A DNA stretch of 64,000 nt from Eledone cirrhosa. Lineage: Eukaryota. Location: positions 315,642,001 through 315,706,000 of the forward strand of contig OZ024743.1 of assembly GCA_964016885.1 (NCBI GenBank), read 5' to 3'. Shown one piece after another: positions 51,200 through 64,000 of this stretch. Under the pieces are notes generated by a model. It was given only the letters and a program-made list of their open reading frames with translations. It was not told the DNA's origin and searched no databases. A program made the translations under genes and the position numbers. The stretch's first letter is position 1; each line of letters opens with the position of its first letter.

Positions 51200-54100
51200 A
51201 ACACCACCATCATACAACACCACCATCACACCACACCGCCATTATACAACACCACCATCACACAACACCACCATCACACAACACCACCATCACACAACAC
51301 CACCATCACACAACACCACAATCATACAACACCACCATCACACAACACCACCATTATACAACACCACCATCACATAACACCACCATCACACAACACCACC
51401 ATCACACAACACCACCATCACTCAACACCACCATCACACAACACCACCATCGCACAATACCACCATCACACAACACCACCATCACACAGCACCACCATCA
51501 TACAACACCACCATCACACAACACCACCATCACACAACACCGCCATCACACAACGCCACCATGACACAACACCACCATCACACAACACCACCATCACTAA
51601 ACACCACCATCACACAACACCACCATCACACAACAGCACCATCACACACCACTATCACACAACACTGCCATCACACAACACCACCATCACACAACACCAC
51701 CATCACAGAACACCACCACTCACACAACACCACCATCACACAACGCCACCATCACTCAACACCACCATCTCACAACACGACCATCACAAAACGACACCTC
51801 ATGCAACACCACCATCACACAACGACACCATCACACAACACCACCATCACACAACACCACCATCACACAACGCCACCATCACACAACACCACCATCACAC
51901 AACACCACCATCATACAACGCCACCATCACACAACGACACCATCACACGACACCACCATCACACAACACCACCATCATACAACACCACCACCACACGACA
52001 CCACCATCACACAACCAACACCACCATCATACAACAGCACCATCACACAACACCACCATCATACAACACCACCATCACACGACACCACCATCACACAACC
52101 AACACCACCATCATACCACACCACCATCACACAACACCACCATCACACAATACCACCATCACACAACGCCACCATCACACAACACCACCATCACACAACA
52201 CCACCATCATACAACGCCACCATCACACAACGACACCATCACACGACACCACCATCACACAACACCACCATCATACAACACCACCACCACACGACACCAC
52301 CATCACACAACCAACACCACCATCATACAACAGCACCATCACACAACACCACCATCATACAACACCACCATCACACGACACCACCATCACACAACCAACA
52401 CCGCCATCATACAACACCACCATCACACACCACTATCACACAACACGGCCATCACACAACACCACCATCATACAACACAACCATCACACAACACCACCAT
52501 CACACAACACCACCATCACACGACACCACCATCACACAACACCACCATCATACAACGCCATCATCACACAACACCACCATCACACAACACCACCATCGCA
52601 CAACATCGGCATCACACAACACCACCGTCACACAACACCACCATCATACAACGCCACCATCACACAACACCACCATCACACAACACCAGCGTCACACAAC
52701 ACCACCATCACACAACAACACCATCACACAACACCACCATCACACAACACCACCATCACACAACACCACCATCACATAACAGCAGCATCACACAACGCCA
52801 CCATCACTCAACACCACCATCGCACAACACCACAATCACACAACGCCACCATCACTCAACACCACCATCACACAGCACCACAATCACACAAACCCACCAT
52901 CACAAAACGCCACCATCACATAACAGCACCATCACACAACACCGCCATCATACAACACCACCATCAGACACCACTATCACACAACACTGCCATCACACAA
53001 CACCACCATCACACAACACCACCATCACACAACACCACCAGCGCACAACACCACCATCACACAACACAACCATCGCCCAACACCACCATCACACAACGCC
53101 ACCATCACGCATCACCACAATCACTCAACACCACCATCACACAACACCACCATCGCACAACACCACCATCACACAACACCACCATCACACAACACCAGCA
53201 TGACACAACACCACCATCATACAACACCACCATCACACAACACCACCATTATACAACACCACCATCACACAACACCACCATCACACAACACCACCATCAC
53301 ACAACACCACCATCACACAACGCCACCATCACACTACACCACCATCACACAACACCACCATCTCTCAAGACCACCATCACACAACACCACCATCAAACAA
53401 CACCACCATCACACAACACCACCATCACACAACAGCACCATCACACTCCACTATCACGCAACACTGCCATCACACAACACCACCATCACACAACACTACC
53501 ATCACACAACACCACAATCACACAACGCCACCATTACACAACACCACCATCACACAACACCACCATCACACAACACCACCATCACACAACACCACCATCA
53601 CACAACACCACCATCATACAACACCACCATCACACAACACCACCATCACACGACACCACCATCACACAACACCACCATCATACAACACCACCATCACACG
53701 ACACCACCATCACACAACCAACACCACCATCATACAACACCACCATCACACAACACCACCATCACACAACACCACCATCTCTCAAGACCACCATCACACA
53801 ACACCACCATCAAACAACACCACCATCACACAACACCACCATCACACAACAGCACCATCACACTCCACTATCACGCAACACTGCCATCACACAACACCAC
53901 CATCACACAACACCACCATCACACAACACCACCATCACACAACGCCACCATCACACGACACCACCATCACACAACATCACCATCACGCAACACCACCATC
54001 GCACAACACCACCATCACACAACACCACCATCACTCAACACCACCATCACACAACACCACCATCACACAACAGCACCATCACACACAACTATCACACAAC

Positions 54101-56400
54101 ACTGCCATCACACAACACCACCATCACACAACACCACCATCACAGAACACCACCACTCACACAACACCACCATCACACAACGCCACCATCACTCAACAAC
54201 ACCATCACACCACACCGCCATTATACAACACCACCATCACACAACACCACCATCACACAACACCACCATCACACAACACCACCATCACTCAACACCACCA
54301 TCACACAACACCACCATCGCACAACACCACCATCACACAACACCACCATCACACAACACCACAATCATACAACACCACCATCACACAACACCACCATTAT
54401 ACAACACCACCATCACATAACACCACCATCACACAACACCACCATCACACAACACCACCATCACTCAACACCACCATCACACAACACCACCATCGCACAA
54501 TACCACCATCACACAACACCACCATCACACAGCACCACCATCATACAACACCACCATCACACAAGACCACCATCACACAACACCGCCATCACACAACGCC
54601 ACCATGACACAACACCACCATCACACAACACCACCATCACTAAACACCACCATCACACAACACCACCATCACACAACACCACCATCACACAACAGCACCA
54701 TCACACACCACTATCACACAACACTGCCATCACACAACACCACCATCACACAACACCACCATCACAGAACACCACCACTCACACAACACCACCATCACAC
54801 AACGCCACCATCACTCAACACGACCATCACACAACACCACCATCTCACAACACGACCATCACAAAACGACACCTCACACAACACCACCATCACACAACGA
54901 CACCATCACACAACACCACCATCACACAACACCACCATCACACAACGCCACCATCACACAACACCACCATCACACAACACCACCATCATACAACGCCACC
55001 ATCACACAACGACACCATCACACGACACCACCATCACACAACACCACCATCATACAACACCACCACCACACGACACCACCATCACACAACCAACACCACC
55101 ATCATACAACAGCACCATCACACAACACCACCATCATACAACACCACCATCACACGACACCACCATCACACAACCAACACCACCATCATACAACACCACC
55201 ATCACACAACACCACCATCACACAACACCACCATCACACAACGCCACCATCACACAACACCACCATCACACAACACCACCATCATACAACGCCACCATCA
55301 CACAACGACACCATCACACGACACCACCATCACACAACACCACCATCATACAACACCACCACCACACGACACCACCATCACACAACCAACACCACCATCA
55401 TACAACAGCACCATCACACAACACCACCATCATACAACACCACCATCACACGACACCACCATCACACAACCAACACCGCCATCATACAACACCACCATCA
55501 CACACCACTATCACACAACACGGCCATCACACAACACCACCATCATACAACACAACCATCACACAACACCACCATCACACAACTCCACCATCACACGACA
55601 CCACTATCACACAACACCACCATCATACAACGCCATCATCACACAACACCACCATCACACAACACCACCATCGCACAACATCGGCATCACACAACACCAG
55701 CGTCACACAACACCACCATCACACAACAACACCATCACACAACACCACCATCACACAACACCACCATCACACAACACCACCATCACATAACAGCAGCATC
55801 ACACAACGCCACCATCATTCAACACCACCATCGCACAACACCACAATCACACAACGCCACCATCACTCAACACCACCATCACACAGCACCACAATCACAC
55901 AAACCCACCATCACTCAACGCCACCATCACATAACAGCACCATCACACAACACCGCCATCATACAACACCACCATCAGACACCACTATCACACAACACTG
56001 CCATCACACAACACCACCATCACACAACACCACCATCACACAACACCACCAGCGCACAACACCACCATCACACAACACAACCATCGCCCAACACCACCAT
56101 CACACAACGCCACCATCACGCATCACCACAATCACTCAACACCACCATCACACAACACCACCATCGCACAACACCACCATCACACAACACCACCATCACA
56201 CAACACCAGCATGACACAACACCACCATCATACAACACCACCATCACACAACACCACCATTATACAACACCACCATCACACAACACCACCATCACACAAC
56301 ACCACCATCACACAACACCACCATCACACAACGCCACCATCACACTACACCACCATCACACAACACCACCATCACTCAACACCACCATCACACAACACCA
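51200..56400. repeat. ~3.0-kb-offset duplication in satellite B
   Basis: CATGACAC at 51561/54604 (offset 3043) and 53200/56211 (offset 3011). Shared CACTAAAC, AAACGACACCTC, ACAACCAACAC, CATCGGCATC and CATCGCCCAAC. A more diverged copy lies at ~61900-63600. Confidence 0.85.
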
Positions 56401-56899
56401 CCATCACACAACACTATCATCACAAAACGAAACCATCACACAACACCACCATCTCTCAAGACCACCATCACACAACACCACCATCAAACAACACCACCAT
56501 CACACAACACCACCATCACACAACAGCACCATCACACACCACTATCACGCAACACTGCCATCACACAACACCACCATCACACAACACCACCATCACACAA
56601 CACCACAATCACACAACGCCACCATTACACAACACCACCATCACACAACATCACCATCACACAACACCACCATCACACAACATCACCATCACACAACACC
56701 ACCATCATACAACACCACCATCACACAACACCACCATCACACGACACCACCATCACACTACACCACCATCACTCAACACCACCATCACACAACACCACCA
56801 TTATACAACACCACCATCACACAACACCAGCATCACACAACGCCACTATCACACAACACAACCATCACTCAACACCACCATCACACAACACTATCATCA

Positions 56900-59800
56900 C
56901 ACAACGAAACCATCACACAACACCACCATCTCTCAAGACCACCATCACACAACACTATCATCACACAACGAAACCATCACACAACACCACCATCTCTCAA
57001 GACCACCATCACACAACACCACCATCAAACAACACCACCATCACACAACACCACCATCACACAACAGCACCATCACACACCACTATCACGCAACACTGCC
57101 ATCACACAACACCACCATTATACAACACCACCATCACACAACACCAGCATCACACAACGCCACTATCACACAACACCACCATCACTCAACACCACCATCA
57201 CACAACACTATCATCACACAACGAAACCATCACACAACACCACCATTATCTCAAGACCACCATCACACAACACCACCATCAAACAACACCACCATCACAC
57301 AACACCACCATCACACAACAGCACCATCACACACCACTATCAAGCAACACTGCCATCACACAGCAACACCATCACACAACACCACCATCACACAACACCA
57401 CCATCACACAACACCACAATCACACAACGCCACCATTACACAACACCACCATCACACAACACCACCATCACACAACACCACCATCACACAACACCACCAT
57501 CACACAACACCACCATCACACAACACCACCATCACACGACACCACCATCACACAACACCACCATCACTCAACACCACCATCACACAACACCACCATCGCA
57601 CAACACCACCATCACACAACACCACCATCAGACAACACCACCATCACACAAGACCACCATCATACAACATCACCATCACACAACACCACCAACACACAAC
57701 ACCACCATCACTCAACACCACCATCACACAACACTATCATCACACAACGACACCATCACACAACACCACCATCACACAACACCACCAACACACAACACCA
57801 CCATCATACAAAACCACTATCACACACCACTATCACACATCACTGCCATCACGTAAAACCACCATCAAACAACACCACCATCACACAACGCCACCATCAC
57901 ACAACACCACCATCACACAACACCACCATCGCACAACACCACCATCACACAACACAACCATCGCACAACACCACCATCACACAACACCACCATCACACAA
58001 CACCACCATCACACAACAGCACCATCACACACCACTATCACGCAACACTGCCATCACACAACACCACCATTATACAACACCACCATCACACAACACCAGC
58101 ATCACACAACGCCACTATCACACAACACCACCATCACTCAACACCACCATCACACAACACTATCATCACACAACGAAACCATCACACAACACCACCATTA
58201 TCTCAAGACCACCATCACACAACACCACCATCAAACAACACCACCATCACACAACACCACCATCACACAACAGCACCATCACACACCACTATCACGCAAC
58301 ACTGCCATCACACAGCACCACCATCACACAACACCACCATCACACAACACCACCATCACACAACACCACAATCACACAACGCCACCATTACACAACACCA
58401 CCATCACACAACACCACCATCACACAACACCACCATCACACAACACCACCATCACACAACACCACCATCACACAACACCACCATCACACGACACCACCAT
58501 CACACAACACCACCATCACTCAACACCACCATCACACAACACCACCATCGCACAACACCACCATCACACAACACCACCATCAGACAACACCACCATCACA
58601 CAACACCACCATCATACAACATCACCATCACACAACACCACCAACACACAACACCACCATCACTCAACACCACCATCACACAACACTATCATCACACAAC
58701 GACACCATCACACAACACCACCATCACACAACACCACCAACACACAACACCACCATCATACAAAACCACTATCACACACCACTATCACACATCACTGCCA
58801 TCACGTAAAACCACCATCAAACAACACCACCATCACACAACGCCACCATCACACAACACCACCATCACACAACACCACCATCGCACAACACCACCATCAC
58901 ACAACACAACCATCGCACAACACCACCATCACACAACACCACCATCACACAACACCACCATCAGACAACAACACCATGGCACAACACCACCATCACACAA
59001 CACCACCATCACACAACACCACCATCATACAACACAACCATCACACAATACCACCATTATACAACACCACCATCACACAACACCAGCATCACACAACGCC
59101 ACTATCACACAACACAACCATCACTCAACACCACCATCACACAACACTATCATCACACAACGAAACCATCACACAACACCACCATCTCTCAAGACCACCA
59201 TCACACAACACTATCATCACACAACGAAACCATCACACAACACCACCATCTCTCAAGACCACCATCACACAACACCACCATCAAACAACACCACCATCAC
59301 ACAACACCACCATCACACAACAGCACCATCACACACCACTATCACGCAACACTGCCATCACACAACACCACCATTATACAACACCACCATCACACAACAC
59401 CAGCATCACACAACGCCACTATCACACAACACCACCATCACTCAACACCACCATCACACAACACTATCATCACACAACGAAACCATCACACAACACCACC
59501 ATTATCTCAAGACCACCATCACACAACACCACCATCAAACAACACCACCATCACACAACACCACCATCACACAACAGCACCATCACACACCACTATCACG
59601 CAACACTGCCATCACACAGCACCACCATCACACAACACCACCATCACACAACACCACCATCACACAACACCACAATCACACAACGCCACCATTACACAAC
59701 ACCACCATCACACAACACCACCATCACACAACACCACCATCACACAACACCACCATCACACAACACCACCATCACACAACACCACCATCACACGACACCA

Positions 59801-61300
59801 CCATCACACAACACCACCATCACTCAACACCACCATCACACAACACCACCATCGCACAACACCACCATCACACAACACCACCATCAGACAACACCACCAT
59901 CACACAACACCACCATCATACAACATCACCATCACACAACACCACCAACACACAACACCACCATCACTCAACACCACCATCACACAACACTATCATCACA
60001 CAACGACACCATCACACAACACCACCATCACACAACACCACCAACACACAACACCACCATCATACAAAACCACTATCACACACCACTATCACACATCACT
60101 GCCATCACGTAAAACCACCATCAAACAACACCACCATCACACAACGCCACCATCACACAACACCACCATCACACAACACCACCATCGCACAACACCACCA
60201 TCACACAACACAACCATCGCACAACACCACCATCACACAACACCACCATCACACAACACCACCATCACACAACAGCACCATCACACACCACTATCACGCA
60301 ACACTGCCATCACACAACACCACCATTATACAACACCACCATCACACAACACCAGCATCACACAACGCCACTATCACACAACACCACCATCACTCAACAC
60401 CACCATCACACAACACTATCATCACACAACGAAACCATCACACAACACCACCATTATCTCAAGACCACCATCACACAACACCACCATCAAACAACACCAC
60501 CATCACACAACACCACCATCACACAACAGCACCATCACACACCACTATCACGCAACACTGCCATCACACAGCACCACCATCACACAACACCACCATCACA
60601 CAACACCACCATCACACAACACCACAATCACACAACGCCACCATTACACAACACCACCATCACACAACACCACCATCACACAACACCACCATCACACAAC
60701 ACCACCATCACACAACACCACCATCACACAACACCACCATCACACGACACCACCATCACACAACACCACCATCACTCAACACCACCATCACACAACACCA
60801 CCATCGCACAACACCACCATCACACAACACCACCATCAGACAACACCACCATCACACAACACCACCATCATACAACATCACCATCACACAACACCACCAA
60901 CACACAACACCACCATCACTCAACACCACCATCACACAACACTATCATCACACAACGACACCATCACACAACACCACCATCACACAACACCACCAACACA
61001 CAACACCACCATCATACAAAACCACTATCACACACCACTATCACACATCACTGCCATCACGTAAAACCACCATCAAACAACACCACCATCACACAACGCC
61101 ACCATCACACAACACCACCATCACACAACACCACCATCGCACAACACCACCATCACACAACACAACCATCGCACAACACCACCATCACACAACACCACCA
61201 TCACACAACACCACCATCACACAACAACACCATGGCACAACACCACCATCACACAAAACCACCATCACACAACACCACCATCATACAACACAACCATCAC
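56900..61300. repeat. Nested 952-bp / 2256-bp higher-order repeat
   Basis: ACGTAAAACC at 57851, 58803, 60107 and 61059 (spacings 952, 1304, 952). CCATGGCAC ORF starts at 58976 and 61232 (offset 2256). Confidence 0.9.
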
Positions 61301-64000
61301 ACCACACCGCCATTATACAACACCACCATCACACAACACCACCATCACACAACACCACCATCACACAAAACCACCATCACTCAACACCACCATCACACAA
61401 CACCACCATCGCACAACACCACCATCACACAACACCACCATCACACAACACCACCATCACACAACACCACAATCATACAACACCACCATCACACAACACC
61501 ACCATTATACAACACCACCATCACATAACACCACCATCACACAAACCACCATCACTCAACACCACCATCACTCAACACCACCATCACACAACACCACCAT
61601 CGCACAACACCACCATCACACAACACCACCATCACACAACACCACCATCATACAACACCACCATCACACAACACCACCATCACACAACACCGCCATCACA
61701 CAACGCCACCATCACACAACACCATCATCACACAACACCATCATCACTCAACACCACTATCACACAACACCACCATCACACAACACCACCATCACACAAC
61801 ACCACCATCACACAACAGCACCATCACACACCACTATCACACAACACTGCCATCACACAACACCACCATCACACAACACCACCATCATACAACACCACCA
61901 TCACACAACACCACCATCATACAACACCACCATCACACCACACCGCCATTATACAACACCACCATCACACAACACCACCATCACACAACACCACCATCAC
62001 ACAACACCACCATCAATCAACACCACCATCACACAACACCACCATCGCACAACACCACCATCACACAACACCACCATCACACAACACCACCATCACACAA
62101 CACCACAATCATACAACACCACCATCACACAACACCACCATTATACAACACCACCATCACATAACACCACCATCACACAACACCACCATCACACAACACC
62201 ACCATCACTCAACACCACCATCACACAACACCTCCATCGCACAACACCACCATCACACTACACCACCATCACACAACACCACCATCATACAACACCACCA
62301 TCACACAACACCACCATCACACAACACCACCATCACACAACGCCACCATCACACAACACCACCATCACACAACACTACCATCACTCAACACCACCATCAC
62401 ACAACACCACCATCACACAACACCACCATCACACAACAGCACCATCACACACCACTATCACACAACACTGCCATCACACAACACCACCATCACACAACAC
62501 CACCATCACACAACACCACCATCACAGAACACCACCACTCACACAACGCCACCATCACACAACGCCACCATCACTCAACACCACCATCACTCAACACGAC
62601 CATCACACAACACCACCATCTCACAACACGACCATCACACAACGACACCTCAAACAACAACACCATCACACAACGACACCATCACACAACACCACCATCA
62701 CACAACACCACCATCACACAACGCCAACATCACTCAACACCACCATCACACAACACCACCATCATACAACGCCACCATCACACAACGACACCATCACACG
62801 ACACCACCATCACACAACACCACCATCATACAACACCACCATCACACGACACCACCATCACACAACCAACACCACCATCATACAACACCACCATCACACG
62901 ACACCACCATCACACAACCAACACCACCATCATACAACACCACCATCTCACAACACCACCATCACACAACACCACCATCACACAACACCACCATCATACA
63001 ACACCACTATCACACAACACCACCATCACACAACGCCACCATCGCACAACACCACCATCAAAGAACACCACCATCACACAACGACACCATCACACAACAC
63101 CACCATCACACAACACCACCAACACACAACACCGCCATCATACAACCCCACCATCACACACCACTATCACACAACACGGCCATCACACAACACCACCATC
63201 ATAGAACACAACCATCACACAACACCACCATCACAAAATGCCACCATCACACAACACCACCATCACACAACACCACCATCATACAACGCCACCATCACAC
63301 AACACCACCATCACACGACACCACCATCACAGAACACCACCATCACACAACACCACCATCACACGACACCACCATCACACAATACCACCATCATACAACG
63401 CCACCATCACACAACACCACCCTCACACAACACCACCATCGCACAATACCGGCATCACACAACACCACCGTCACGCAACACCACCATCATACAACGCCAC
63501 CATCACACAACACCACCATCACACAACACCAGCGTCACACAACACCACCATCACACAACAACACCATCACACAACACCACCATCGCACAACACCACCATC
63601 ACACAACACAACCATCGCACAACACCACCATCACACAACACCACCATCACACAACACCACCATCACACAACAACACCATCGCACAACACCACCATCACAC
63701 AACACCACCATCACACAACACCACCATCATACAACACCACCATCACAACACACCGCCATTATACAACACCACCATCACACAACACCACCATCACACAACA
63801 GCACCATCACACACCACTATCACACAACACTGCCATCACACAACACCACCATCACACAACACCACCATCACAGAACACCACCATCACACAACACCACCAT
63901 CATACAACACCACCATCACACCACACCGCCATTATACAACACCACCATCACACAACACCACCATCACACAACACCACCATCACACAACACCACCATCACT

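Larger units (their letters stand above)
15140..64000. repeat. Satellite B: 16-bp tandem array (CATCACACAACACCAC)n, ~3000 monomers, continues off the right edge
   Basis: Read directly. Three monomers (48 bp) encode TTPPSHNTTITQHHHH in all + frames. Common variants are CATCATAC, CACTCAAC, AACGCC, CATCGC and CACGAC. Confidence 0.98.

Noticed and set aside
15085-61528. Long His/Thr/Pro-rich + strand ORFs (up to 1409 aa) as mucin- or histidine-rich protein genes
   Set aside because: They overlap in all three frames with the same peptide. Starts and stops are sporadic point variants of a stop-free 16-bp monomer, and there is no signal peptide or unique domain.

Overview
This is eukaryotic, satellite-dominated DNA with no intact gene that I can support. 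The SINE family suggests a cephalopod such as octopus, but that rests on recall. About 97% of the window is two related CA-rich tandem arrays with a nearly G-free + strand. Satellite A (1-~13105) mixes 16/20-bp monomers such as CATCACAC[C/T]ACCACCA and CATCACATACACCACCACCA. Satellite B (~15140-64000, open-ended) has a 16-bp monomer, CATCACACAACACCAC, in about 3000 copies. Both carry nested higher-order repeats that can be traced with rare variants: 353, ~1600 and 4179-4445 bp in A; 496, ~4650, 3466, 4925, ~3030 and 952/2256 bp in B. A ~2-kb island between them holds an (AGT)~57 microsatellite and four co-oriented minus-strand copies or fragments of a tRNA-derived SINE. It also holds a feature the ORF track misses: a frameshifted, stop-interrupted remnant of the C-terminal CCHC zinc knuckle and restriction-like endonuclease of a CRE-type non-LTR retrotransposon (minus strand, ~14321-14900). 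The long His/Thr/Pro ORFs are artefacts of the stop-free 16-bp monomer.
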